Shown: positions 35,184 through 44,489 of the stretch, one piece after another
How positions within the stretch are numbered: the first letter of the stretch is position 1
How the letters are laid out: each line of letters begins with the position of its first letter
DNA from: a virus
Virus record (IMG/VR): IMGVR_UViG_3300014501_000003
Location: 1 to 64,000 of that record
Length of the DNA: 64,000 bases
Strand: one strand, 5' to 3'
Program-made: the position numbers and the translations under genes
The notes under the pieces: model-generated
The model's input: the letters and a program-made list of their open reading frames with translations, nothing else
What the model was told of the DNA's origin: nothing
Database searches by the model: none

Positions 35184-36394
35184 TAGCAGAGCCCCAGTTC
35201 GTGTAGATATTCGATGAGGGCTTTCGCGCTCGCTTCGGCCGTGATGGTTTGGTGAACGACCGGTGTCGCGTTGAAGAACCCGAGCTTCAGGCCGCTTTCC
35301 GCTCCCCTGATCCATGCTGTCGTGGCGTTGTTGGCGATGAATAGTTCGTTGGAGCCTGTCGCGGCCTTGCCAGCTTCGTAGCCGACGAACACGTTGCCCG
35401 ACCCGGTTTTGTTTTCGTACCCCGCGTGGAAGCCGAGCGCCGTGTTGTTGCTGCCGGTCGTGTTGCTTTTCAATGCCTGCGTGCCCGATGCCGTGTTGCC
35501 TTCGCCGGAAGTCAGCTGGTAGAGGACGCGGTTGCCCACGCCCGTGTTGTTCGGCCCAGTCAGTTCGCCACTACTCATCGCGGCTGCTCCTACGGCCGTG
35601 TTCGCGTTCGCGGCTTCTCCTTCCATGCCCCCGAACACTTTCCAACCCATGCCGACGTTTTCGTTGCCGCCGGTCGCATTCTTCATACCTTCGTGGCCGA
35701 TGACCACGTTGGCGGTGGCAGTCAGAGCAAACTGCATCACGTTGCGGCCCATGACCGTGTTGCTCGTTCCTGTCGTGAGGCTATACAGCGCGTTCTGCCC
35801 CACCGCAGTGTGCGCACCTGCTTCCACATGCGATAGGGCTCCTTGCCCTATCGCCACCATCCCGACGACGACGGCTGTGGTGTACTCCATCGCTCCGGTT
35901 CCCACCGCGACGTTGCCTTCGCCTTCTTTATGACTCCGTGCAGCATAGGCCCCTATGAAGGTGTTCTCACGGCCGGTGGTGTTGTTTTCGCCTGCGTATG
36001 CACCGATGGCAGTCGTGTGTTCCGCCGTATGGTAGAAAAGCGCGTAGGCGCCCACGGCGGTGTTGCTGCCAACCCCCGATAGGTTCCCCCCGCTGATACC
36101 GGCCGTTTCGTTCTGAAGGGCACTTGCTCCCACAGCCGTGTTAGCGTAGGACGAAGTTAGGGACCCCAGCGCATTGAGCCCGTGGCCGGTGTTCAGTTCA
36201 GCAGTCGTCAGTGACGGCAGCGTCGAGCCGATGCTAAGGTTGTTTTTCGCGTCTAGAGCATGGTAGGCAGATCCCAGCTTGGCGCCAGCTTCCGCCGTCG
36301 TCGCGGCTGCCCCGATACCCGCCTGCATGTGGTTGATGTAGGCAGCGGTGGCTTTGGTGACGTTTTCTGTCGCCGGCTGTTCTACATAGGGCAC
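35183..36394 (-). CDS. Tail fibre protein with YadA/Hep_Hag-like NTAVG repeats, 403 aa
   Basis: More than 10 copies of the N-T-A-(V/I/L)-G-x-x-A-(L/M) motif. Confidence 0.85.
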   Translation of the reverse strand: MPYVEQPATENVTKATAAYINHMQAGIGAAATTAEAGAKLGSAYHALDAKNNLSIGSTLPSLTTAELNTGHGLNALGSLTSSYANTAVGASALQNETAGISGGNLSGVGSNTAVGAYALFYHTAEHTTAIGAYAGENNTTGRENTFIGAYAARSHKEGEGNVAVGTGAMEYTTAVVVGMVAIGQGALSHVEAGAHTAVGQNALYSLTTGTSNTVMGRNVMQFALTATANVVIGHEGMKNATGGNENVGMGWKVFGGMEGEAANANTAVGAAAMSSGELTGPNNTGVGNRVLYQLTSGEGNTASGTQALKSNTTGSNNTALGFHAGYENKTGSGNVFVGYEAGKAATGSNELFIANNATTAWIRGAESGLKLGFFNATPVVHQTITAEASAKALIEYLHELGLC

Positions 36395-36404
36395 CGCTCA
36401 CCTC

Positions 36405-37301
36405 CTAGGTGATGTAGGCGCTAGCCCACTGCACCGACAGTTTGCCTTCGCTCGTGGCGGCGAGGAACTGGATGTTTGAGGTCCGTTCGGCTGCGAGCGT
36501 GAACCACTGCGACCCATAGACGAGCGTTCCCAGACGTGTCGATCCGACGGTGGCCCCGGGCCCATAGTAGGTCGCGGTGTGCAGATCCGTGTCGATCACA
36601 AGCTTTGCGCCAAAGGCGATCGGCAGGTTGAACGTGAGGTTCGGTGAGCCTTCCGCGGTGACGTTCGTGATCGACGGGTCTTCGCACGGGCCTTCCACGA
36701 TCAGCAGCGGGCGTGTCTCGATGTTCCCCGCGTTCGTGACCGACAGCGAGCCTGCGACTGAGCCGCCGCCGAAGTTCAGGTTGAAGCTCATCGGGAGCGA
36801 GAACCCCGCCGTTTTACTCGGCGGCACGACCGATGCCTGCTGCGTCTGCGCATACAAGCGCGGGTCATCCGCGGCCCACAGCAGGGCCACCTTGCCGAGC
36901 TTCCCCAGGGAGAGCTGGATTTCGCGCGGCATCTGACGCTTACGCACCCTCGCCATGCAGGCCAGCGTGCCCCACCCCGGCAGGTTTACGAACAGCGGCG
37001 TGTCTTCGGAGCCGCCGGGGATCGTCGCGTTGGCGAGGGCAGCTTCGGCCGCTTCAAACGTGCCGGTCAGATTGTGCAGATCCCCCGTGAGGCTCGGTTC
37101 ACGGCCGGCCATCACGTCCAGCCCACGGAACATGCCGTGATCACGCGGGCGCCCGGAGTCCCCGGAGCGGACGGCGGGCATGTCGAGGCCCTGCCATTCG
37201 CGAATCTCGAGGTTGGTGCCCTGTCCGAACGTGTAGCCGCCGAAGCTGGCCTGGTATCCGGCCAGCGTGGGCCAGAGGGTGCCGTACGGTACGAAGCTCA
37301 C
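36405..37301 (-). CDS. Distal tail protein (Dit-like), 298 aa
   Basis: Immediately downstream of the tape measure, with the typical size. Confidence 0.75.
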   Translation of the reverse strand: MSFVPYGTLWPTLAGYQASFGGYTFGQGTNLEIREWQGLDMPAVRSGDSGRPRDHGMFRGLDVMAGREPSLTGDLHNLTGTFEAAEAALANATIPGGSEDTPLFVNLPGWGTLACMARVRKRQMPREIQLSLGKLGKVALLWAADDPRLYAQTQQASVVPPSKTAGFSLPMSFNLNFGGGSVAGSLSVTNAGNIETRPLLIVEGPCEDPSITNVTAEGSPNLTFNLPIAFGAKLVIDTDLHTATYYGPGATVGSTRLGTLVYGSQWFTLAAERTSNIQFLAATSEGKLSVQWASAYIT

Positions 37302-37310
37302 GGGGACCCC

Positions 37311-40300
37311 CTAGACGGGCAGCTGGTGTGTCAACGCCCAGGTCAGCTCGGTCGCGTTTGCTTGTGCGTTGTTCATATCGAGGCCGTACTGATTGACCAC
37401 CAGGCCCGAGCCGGCGTATTGAGTCGTCGCCTTCTCCTTGGTGACGCTCACTTCTCTTTCCTTCGCCGCCTCACGCTGAGCTGCGGTGTCTTCGATCTGG
37501 GTGAGGTTCTGCTGGGCCTGCGCGAGCTGTGCCGCACCTTCACCCTTCGCTCTGGCGAGGTTCTGTTCAGCCTGTTTGATCGCGTTGCTCCACGATTCGG
37601 TGGTGCGGGTCAGTTCGTTGGACGCGGCGTTGATAGCGGCTTCCGCAGCCGGGTTGACTTCCGCTTTCAGGTGGTGTTCCGCCCCCGCCACCAGCATGCC
37701 GGCTTCGCCTTCTGCCTGGTGGAGCTTGGCAGCCGCCGCCTCTTCCTTTTGCTTGCCCCCACCCGTGGCGGCGAGCACCTTCAGCTCGGCGTTCCCGATG
37801 AGCTGATCCGCATGGGATTGCGCGCGGTCCACTTCTTCCTGCGCGATCTGGATCTTCTGGTCCTGCGCGACCGTTACTGCATCGACATGCGCCAGCGCCG
37901 ATGCCTCCTGCGCGTCCGCCATCGCCTTGTCCTGGTCGACGGTCTGTTCGTCCAAGGCTGTGACCTGCTGCCAGTTGACGGCGAGCTGCGCGTCTTCACG
38001 CTGAGCCTGCGCGATCTGCTGGTCGTAGCTCGCCTTCATTTCGTCGAGCTGCACTTCCTCCTTCTGAGCGATCAGGTTCAGCCCATACAAACCCCGCTCA
38101 CCAAGGATCGAGACTTCGATGTTCGTCTGGTCCTTGATCCCCGTGACGACTTCGTTAGACGCGGCAGCCATCACCTTCGACTGATCTTCGATGCTCTGGG
38201 TCAGCGCGGAGAACGAGTCCGACATCGACTGCGTGGCGTCAGCGATAGCTTGCCCTGCGGCTTTCATCGCATCGGTCTGCTGCGCTTGGCTGGCCTTGAC
38301 GACGTTTAGCTGGTCGGTGGCGGTGTGTTCGAGCTGGGTGGTCTGATCTTTCTGCTCGGTCGCCTGGACTTTCAACTGTTCCCCGAGCTTCGTCTCCTCG
38401 GTTGAAACCATCTCTGAGGCGAGGGTGGCGAGGGCCAGCTTGTGGGCGGCGACGAGTTTCGAGGCGAGCTCCTCAAGCTTCTTCTGGTGCGTCGCGTTCA
38501 GCGCGTTGACAAGCGCCTGCTCCTGCTTGCCGGCGACCGACTGGGATGCGCTCTTGGTGAGCGCCGCCGTGAGCTGGGTCATCGGCTTGCCGCCGGTGGA
38601 ACCCGCTTCCGCATCGTGTAGGGCCATTTCGGGGATCGTCGGCCCCGCGCCGAAGCGTACGCCGTGGCGGGTGACGGGTTTGCCGGTCTGGGCCGTGGTG
38701 GAGACGCCGAGGGAGCGCTCGATCGCGGCGGGCGTCGAGGACTGGATGTTGGCTTCGTATTTCTTGACGAGTCCTTCGGCCTTTTCGCCGAGTTTCACCA
38801 GAGCTTCTGCTGCCTTTTTCGCAGCCGCTTCGGCCTTAGTCGCCGCCGTTTTAGCGGCCGATTCCGCTTTGCTCTGCGCTTTTTCCTTGGCTTTTTCTTC
38901 TTTGGAGACAGCCTTGGCGTTGGAGGTTTCGTTCATCAGGCCCGAGATGCCCGAGGACCCGCTGCCCGTGCCCGCGCTGGCCTTGCCGCCGCCGGAGTGT
39001 GCGTAGGCTTCGGCGGCCGCCTGTTCGCGTTGGTGCAGATGAGCGGTGCCCTCTTCCGGCGTTCCGTACCCCGGTTCGCCCGGCCGGGAACCTGCCGGAA
39101 CCTCAAACTCTTTCTCGATGAAGCGAGCTGCTTCGGCGGGGTTCTTGGCGCTCTTGAGCTGCGCGATCTGAGACGGGGAGAGGCGCCTCAGTACCTCTTC
39201 CGATTGCCCCGCAACGCTCAACCCCGCCACCTGTTCCGCCCCCGCCGAACCCAAGCCGGATTGCTGATACAGGCCACCGCCCTTATCGCTCGGAGTGTCG
39301 CCCGACTCCAGCTGCGCGTTGCCGGCGAATCCTGCTGCGGCGGCGGGCGAAAAGCCCTTGCTCTCCCAGAACTTGAGGATTTCACTCTCGACCCCGACGC
39401 TCCCGCCGATCCCCATCGCTCGGTTCTGCGCTTTCTGGAGGTTGGGTGAGAGTGGTTCGTTGAGGTTGCCTTCCTTGCCTGCCGTGCCACCAGCGCCCGA
39501 GAGTTCCTTGATCTTGCCGAGATGGACGAGCCCGAGCGTGAGTTTTTCGACAACGCTCATGGCTTTGTTCAGGGCGGCGATGACCGCGTTGGCCATTTCC
39601 TGCGCCGCGATTTCGAGGCCCTTCATCACGGTTTTCCAGTGCTGCTCAAGCTCCACGGCCGCAACGCCGACGCCGACAAGCACAAGCCCGACTCCGGTCG
39701 CCCCGAGCGCCGCATCGACTCCCGCCGCCGTCGTGTCGGCGCTTGCGACGATTCCAGTGCCAGCCGCCTTGATCTCACCCGCCGTCATTCCGTAGGAGGA
39801 GGCCAGCGCGACGTTGTTCGCCTCCATCTCCTCGTTCGCGGCGAGCTGTGCCGCAGCCGTGGTCTGCGAGGTAGAGCCGATCAGCCCCATTTTCGTCAGG
39901 ATGCTCGGGACGGTCTGCGCAATCGACGAGCCGAACGTGGTTAGACCTTTCACCATTTCCCGCGTGCCGGTGACGAACTGTGTCGCCTTCTGGTAGGCGA
40001 ACACCGACACGGCTGCCCCGAGCACTGAGGTGATGACGCCGCCGAGGATCATGCAGGCTTCCTTGTGCTTGGTTAGCCAGGTGATGCCTTCGGCCAGCGT
40101 CTTCGCGACGGCTGTGAGCTTCGGGATCAGGACCAGCCCGAGATCCCCGCCCAACGTCTCGACTGCGGCCTTCGCGGTGTCGAACTCGCCGCGCAGGGTC
40201 TTGGCCTGGATTGCCGCGGCCTGCTGAGCCGTCCCCGTTTTCGTCGCCGCGTCTGTGGCCTTCTGATATGCGGGCACTCCCGACTGGATGACGGAGCCCA

Positions 40301-41354
40301 TGATCTGATAGGCCCCGGCTCCGAACAGCGTCTTCTCGGCGAAGATCTGCTGCTGCTGGGAGAGCCCCGCGAGCTTCGGTCCGAGCTGGGCGATCACGCC
40401 CGACATGCCGATGAACTTGCCCTGGGAGTTGAAGATGTTGACGCCCAACGCCTTGAGCACGTTGTCGGTTTTTTCGGAGCCCCCGACGAGCGTGGTCATC
40501 GCGGTGTTGACGACCTGGATGCCACGGGAGCCCGTGACCCCGTGCTCACCGAGGGACACCATCAGCCCGCCCATGTCCGAGAGGGTCGGTGAGAGGGTGC
40601 CGAGCCGGGCGTGCAGTTTGTCGATCGCCGTCGCCAGCGAGCTGATCGGCACGTCCAAGCGGGTCGAGACGTTGTAGAGCGTGTCCGCCGTCCCCGCCGC
40701 CTGTCCCGCTGACATGTGGAACGCCTGCATCACGGCCCCGAGCGATGCGGTGGTGCTCGCCAGTTCGCCCTGCACCGCCGTGTTCAGCTGCGTGGCCGAG
40801 GACATGACCTTCATCGCTTCGGCTGTCCCCAGCGCATGGCCCTCGGTCGCCTGCAACTGGCCAGCCACCCCGGCGTAGGCGGACTCCATCTGCATCCCCG
40901 AGGACTCGAACTGCCCGGCCGTCCCGCCGAACGCCGCCGTGAGCGCTTTCACAGCCTTCGTCGACTGCCCCGTCGCACCCTGGATCTTCGCCTGGGCCGA
41001 TTCGTACTGCAGCCCCATTTTCACGGCCTCGACACCGACACCTACTGCCATCGCTCCACCAGCGAGGAGGGTGGCCTTGCCGAGCTCCCCCATGACCGAG
41101 GTGAGCTTGCCCGTCTTCGTCGTGGCTTCGTCGAGATGCTTGCCCGCTGTCGAGAGCCCGGCGGCGAACGGGATGCCCATCCCTTCGGCTTTCTTGCCGA
41201 GCTTCTCCAGGGCGTTCCCGGCCTTGGTCGACCCCGAGTTGAACGAGTCGCCGATCGTGTCGGATGCGCCCTTCGCCACTAGGCCCGCCCGCTCGAGGCT
41301 GGCCTCCAGGCCCCGGCTGTCGCCGAGGATCTCGATCGTGACCGTGCGTGCCAT
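37311..41354 (-). CDS. Tape measure protein, 1347 aa
   Basis: Very long A/G/Q/E-rich helical ORF with TM-like segments, in the canonical position. Confidence 0.95.
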   Translation of the reverse strand: MARTVTIEILGDSRGLEASLERAGLVAKGASDTIGDSFNSGSTKAGNALEKLGKKAEGMGIPFAAGLSTAGKHLDEATTKTGKLTSVMGELGKATLLAGGAMAVGVGVEAVKMGLQYESAQAKIQGATGQSTKAVKALTAAFGGTAGQFESSGMQMESAYAGVAGQLQATEGHALGTAEAMKVMSSATQLNTAVQGELASTTASLGAVMQAFHMSAGQAAGTADTLYNVSTRLDVPISSLATAIDKLHARLGTLSPTLSDMGGLMVSLGEHGVTGSRGIQVVNTAMTTLVGGSEKTDNVLKALGVNIFNSQGKFIGMSGVIAQLGPKLAGLSQQQQIFAEKTLFGAGAYQIMGSVIQSGVPAYQKATDAATKTGTAQQAAAIQAKTLRGEFDTAKAAVETLGGDLGLVLIPKLTAVAKTLAEGITWLTKHKEACMILGGVITSVLGAAVSVFAYQKATQFVTGTREMVKGLTTFGSSIAQTVPSILTKMGLIGSTSQTTAAAQLAANEEMEANNVALASSYGMTAGEIKAAGTGIVASADTTAAGVDAALGATGVGLVLVGVGVAAVELEQHWKTVMKGLEIAAQEMANAVIAALNKAMSVVEKLTLGLVHLGKIKELSGAGGTAGKEGNLNEPLSPNLQKAQNRAMGIGGSVGVESEILKFWESKGFSPAAAAGFAGNAQLESGDTPSDKGGGLYQQSGLGSAGAEQVAGLSVAGQSEEVLRRLSPSQIAQLKSAKNPAEAARFIEKEFEVPAGSRPGEPGYGTPEEGTAHLHQREQAAAEAYAHSGGGKASAGTGSGSSGISGLMNETSNAKAVSKEEKAKEKAQSKAESAAKTAATKAEAAAKKAAEALVKLGEKAEGLVKKYEANIQSSTPAAIERSLGVSTTAQTGKPVTRHGVRFGAGPTIPEMALHDAEAGSTGGKPMTQLTAALTKSASQSVAGKQEQALVNALNATHQKKLEELASKLVAAHKLALATLASEMVSTEETKLGEQLKVQATEQKDQTTQLEHTATDQLNVVKASQAQQTDAMKAAGQAIADATQSMSDSFSALTQSIEDQSKVMAAASNEVVTGIKDQTNIEVSILGERGLYGLNLIAQKEEVQLDEMKASYDQQIAQAQREDAQLAVNWQQVTALDEQTVDQDKAMADAQEASALAHVDAVTVAQDQKIQIAQEEVDRAQSHADQLIGNAELKVLAATGGGKQKEEAAAAKLHQAEGEAGMLVAGAEHHLKAEVNPAAEAAINAASNELTRTTESWSNAIKQAEQNLARAKGEGAAQLAQAQQNLTQIEDTAAQREAAKEREVSVTKEKATTQYAGSGLVVNQYGLDMNNAQANATELTWALTHQLPV

Positions 41355-41831
41355 CTACAGCCTCCCGTCCAGCGCGCGCTCCACGGCCTCGGCGACCGCG
41401 TTCTCGATCGCCTCGGCTACCTCACCTTCATGGGCGGCGAGTGCGGGTGCAAGGAACGGCCGCGATGGCTGATCGACCCACGTATCCCCGCCGAAGACCG
41501 GATGCCGGAAGGTCCCGCTCCGCCCGTGGTTCTCCAACGGTGCCGCGTCTTCGGCCTGTTCGCCACCAGCCACGACCTTCACGTTCCCGCCGCTCGTCAC
41601 CCGCACTTTGATCGAGCCGGGGATCCGCGATGAGAACGATGCGCGGCTCTTGGCATCATCCGCGACGATCTGCCCAGCGGCTTTGAGCGCCACTCTTGCG
41701 CCCTTCCACGCCGCCGGCGCCGCGAGACGTAGATCGGCGGCGAGGCGGGATAGCGCTTTCGTGTCGCAGACGATCGAGACGCCGGTCTTCGACGTGCCGG
41801 GTGCGCTCGCTTTCGTGTACGTCGCGGGCAT
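41355..41831 (-). CDS. HK97 gp10-like tail-completion family protein, 158 aa
   Basis: FRHPVFGGDTWVDQPSRPFLAPAL resembles the gp10-family C-terminal motif. Sits in an unusual position just upstream of the tape measure. Confidence 0.65.
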   Translation of the reverse strand: MPATYTKASAPGTSKTGVSIVCDTKALSRLAADLRLAAPAAWKGARVALKAAGQIVADDAKSRASFSSRIPGSIKVRVTSGGNVKVVAGGEQAEDAAPLENHGRSGTFRHPVFGGDTWVDQPSRPFLAPALAAHEGEVAEAIENAVAEAVERALDGRL

Positions 41832-41832
41832 C

Positions 41833-42344
41833 TCACATCCCTCCCGGTGTCTTCAGGATCGACTCAGCGATGTCGATCGCGGCAAGGAAGTCGATCCACC
41901 ACAGCTGCTCTATGTCTCGGAGCTGCCAGCGGAAGGCTGCGGCGATGGTCCATCGGTGCTCTCCCCAGAGTTCGGCGGGGTCTCCGTTGATGCGGGGGTC
42001 GGGGGCGCTGTACTGGGCGAGACCTCCGTAGGGCCCGGCTTCTCGGCCTCCTCCTCATCGGGCGTGCTGAGCCACAGGTTGAGCGTGAAGTTCCCGTCCA
42101 TCTTCTGTGGTTCGGGGACTTCGGTCTCACCCGCCGCGCGCCGGGCGATCCAGACCGCGCACAATGCCGCATCGGGGTCCCCCTCGAAGAACGCCTCGAT
42201 GAAGTTGTTGTAGCGGCCGAGCGCCGGCTCCTCGCCGCGTTTCGGATACCACTGCTTGATGTGGTGCAGCGCCTCGACCGTCACCATCGTTGCGTCGAAG
42301 GCGTACTCCTTGTCGTCTACCTTGATAAGCCACTGCTGGGCCAT
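41833..42344 (-). CDS. Tail assembly chaperone, -1 frameshifted long form
   Basis: The -1 frame is open from 42053 to 41833 and encodes a protein-like extension (...DPRINGDPAELWGEHRWTIAAAFRWQLRDIEQLWWIDFLAAIDIAESILKTPGGM). Confidence 0.55.
41910..42344 (-). CDS. Tail assembly chaperone, short form, 144 aa
   Basis: GGAAGGAG precedes the ATG. Acidic, S/T/P-rich tail. Position upstream of the tape measure. Confidence 0.75.
   Translation of the reverse strand: MAQQWLIKVDDKEYAFDATMVTVEALHHIKQWYPKRGEEPALGRYNNFIEAFFEGDPDAALCAVWIARRAAGETEVPEPQKMDGNFTLNLWLSTPDEEEAEKPGPTEVSPSTAPPTPASTETPPNSGESTDGPSPQPSAGSSET
42030..42036 (-). promoter_or_regulatory. Candidate -1 slippery heptamer G GGC CCT
   Basis: Fits X XXY YYZ in the chaperone zero frame (CCG GGC CCT), inside the window where both frames are open. 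Confidence 0.5.
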
Positions 42345-42385
42345 CGGTGCTCCTTCCGCCCCACACCGGGCGGCTTTCAGTTGAC

Positions 42386-42411
42386 GCGGCGACCGGGTGT
42401 GCAGTCGCCGC
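42386..42411 (-). other. GC hairpin downstream of the HNH insert
   Basis: GCGGCGAC / GTCGCCGC perfect 8-bp stem with a 10-nt loop. Confidence 0.3.
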
Positions 42412-42441
42412 GCTCAGCCCCCTCGCCAGGGGCCAAGTTGC

Positions 42442-43095
42442 TTAGGTCAGGCCAGCGCCCGGAAACGGCCAGATGGCCTGCTTCCGGCGATTGCAGGGCA
42501 CGCACGCGGGACGAAGGTTCGCGTGACAGTGCGTGCCGCCGTGCTTCAAGGGCTTGACGTGATCGAACTCCGTGGCCTCGGCGCCGCACATCCAACAGCG
42601 ACCGCCGTAGAAGTCCCAGCGCGCCGCGAGGCCAACGGCCGTGACCGTGCCGCGTGGCATCTGCTTCTTGACCGCTCGGCGGCGATACTGGATCGCCTTG
42701 CGCGCCATTGGATTGCGTTTGCGTTCGCGGCGATCCTTCTCGCGCCACTTCTCGGGATTCGCCGCGCGGTCAGCGCGCGCCCATGCTTCCTTCGCCGCCT
42801 TGCGCTTTGCGTTCTGCTCAGGCGCCCGGGCACGGCCAAGGGCACGACTCGCCTCCACGTCACGCCAGTAGGCGGCCTTGACGCGTGCTTTGACGAGTCC
42901 GAGATTGGCCGCGCGATAGGCGCGCGCGGCGGCCTTGATCTGCTCCCGTTTCGCTTCGTAGCGCGCGCGGTTGTAGTCGCTAAAGCAGGCACGACACCAG
43001 TGGTGCCGACCGTCCGCACTCCGCTTGCTGCGGTTGAATGCTTCGAGTGGCTTGCGTTTGCCACACCGCCGACACCGCTTGCTACCGTCCGCCAT
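42442..43095 (-). CDS. HNH endonuclease, 217 aa, between the major tail and chaperone genes
   Basis: EFDHVKPLKHGGTHCHANLRPACVPCNRRK, with N-terminal CRRC...CRAC. Confidence 0.9.
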   Translation of the reverse strand: MADGSKRCRRCGKRKPLEAFNRSKRSADGRHHWCRACFSDYNRARYEAKREQIKAAARAYRAANLGLVKARVKAAYWRDVEASRALGRARAPEQNAKRKAAKEAWARADRAANPEKWREKDRRERKRNPMARKAIQYRRRAVKKQMPRGTVTAVGLAARWDFYGGRCWMCGAEATEFDHVKPLKHGGTHCHANLRPACVPCNRRKQAIWPFPGAGLT

Positions 43096-43161
43096 GTCCT
43101 ACACGCTCCTAACGTGTGGATCATGCCCCCGGCTGTTTGCTCAGCGCGGGGGCGCTTTTCA
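43096..43161 (-). repeat. Copy B of the ~65-nt repeat upstream of an HNH gene
   Basis: See copy A. The hairpin 43125..43153 follows the major tail stop. Confidence 0.8.
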
Positions 43162-43177
43162 CCTTCGATTGTACCGA

Positions 43178-44248
43178 TTAGAAGGAAGTATCTCCCGTAG
43201 TCAATTCCGCCGACACGACCGCTTCGTTCGTCGCGTTGATGGTCGCTTTGGCCGCGAAGGTCGTTTTCAGAAGGTCCGGCCCGTCGATCGGGAACTCCGC
43301 GCCGGACATGATGAAGACGTTCGGCATCTTGAAGAGGAACAGGTTGGGTTTGCCCGAGGTGCCGATGTTCGCCCCGGTCGCCTGAGCGATGATTTCCTGG
43401 GCTTCGTTTTTGAGGAACGTTTCCAGCACGTTCTTCGCGGCTTCGGTGTTATCGCATTCGCAGGAGACGCCGATGTCCACCAGCCCGTTTGACACCGGGA
43501 GCGACTTTTCGTTTTCCCCGAGGTACCAGCGGTCGGTGGCCAGCTTGTGCTCGAGCGTGACCGTCATCTTTCGCACGCCCGCGAGCGCTGCGGTTCCGCC
43601 GGGGTTGCCGATCTTGAATTCCGAGGAGCCTTCGTTCATCGCGAACGGCACGCCGTTGGTGGTGAACGTCGGCAGCGTCGGGTTGGCGTTGGGTGCGACG
43701 TGGCGGAAGTCGATGTCGTAGCTGTAGGAGCACAGCCCCATGCGGTCGAACACGAACTCCGCCTTGGTCGGGATGCCGGCGGTGTAGCGCCAGCCGACGT
43801 TTTCGGAGTTCGTGTACGGCAGGCCGACTTCGATGTCCAGGAACGTGGATTCTTTCGCGGCGTCGTGGGACTCGGGGGCTTCGAGGTTGATCCCTTTGAT
43901 GCCCGTTCCCGTGAAGAGCTGGTAGGCGGCTCCTGTGCCCGACTCTTTCAGCGTGCCGTTCGACCCGAACGCGCTCACGAGCAGCAGCGCCTGGGCAGTC
44001 GTCATCACGTCGCCGGTGAGCGTCGCTTTGGCGTCGATGCCCATCTTGACGAGCGCCGAGCCGATGTCCGCGATGCGGCCAGCTGCCAGATACGGGCCGC
44101 CCTGCACCTTGTGCGGGTCCCAGGTCGGCTTGAACGTCTTGAAGTACAGCGTCCGGGGTGAGCCCGTGACGAACGCTTCGTTGTATTCTTTGTGCCGCGC
44201 GACGGTGGCCCATGCGCCGAGCCCCGAGCCGGAAGTGAAAGTAGTCAC
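43178..44248 (-). CDS. Major tail (tube) protein, 356 aa
   Basis: Call rests on position upstream of the chaperone and tape measure, size, and beta-rich composition. GTG start in a GTGA overlap. Confidence 0.8.
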   Translation of the reverse strand: MTTFTSGSGLGAWATVARHKEYNEAFVTGSPRTLYFKTFKPTWDPHKVQGGPYLAAGRIADIGSALVKMGIDAKATLTGDVMTTAQALLLVSAFGSNGTLKESGTGAAYQLFTGTGIKGINLEAPESHDAAKESTFLDIEVGLPYTNSENVGWRYTAGIPTKAEFVFDRMGLCSYSYDIDFRHVAPNANPTLPTFTTNGVPFAMNEGSSEFKIGNPGGTAALAGVRKMTVTLEHKLATDRWYLGENEKSLPVSNGLVDIGVSCECDNTEAAKNVLETFLKNEAQEIIAQATGANIGTSGKPNLFLFKMPNVFIMSGAEFPIDGPDLLKTTFAAKATINATNEAVVSAELTTGDTSF

Positions 44249-44478
44249 TCTGCTGCTCCTTGGTTATCCGGCACCGCCGGGGTTTGTGTGTCACGTCTCT
44301 GCTTGAACGCCAGCTCGGCCGCTAGGCCCGCTCGCGGGTCCTGCGCCGACCAGCGGCCGGTGTTCAGCAACTGCTCGGCGGTGTCTGCGTCGAAGTCGCC
44401 TCCGTCGCCGGGGCGGACCGCCGGGTTGTTGGCGCCGCCGACTACCTCCGGTGAGTGGCTCACGTTGTAGAGCCGCAT
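44245..44478 (-). CDS. Hypothetical protein, 77 aa
   Basis: AAGGGGG precedes ATG 44478. Confidence 0.6.
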   Translation of the reverse strand: MRLYNVSHSPEVVGGANNPAVRPGDGGDFDADTAEQLLNTGRWSAQDPRAGLAAELAFKQRRDTQTPAVPDNQGAAE

Positions 44479-44489
44479 GTCGGCCCCCT

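Noticed and set aside
37074-38309. 411-aa plus-strand ORF
   Set aside because: Antisense to the tape measure gene, and Leu/Arg/Val-rich with no motifs.
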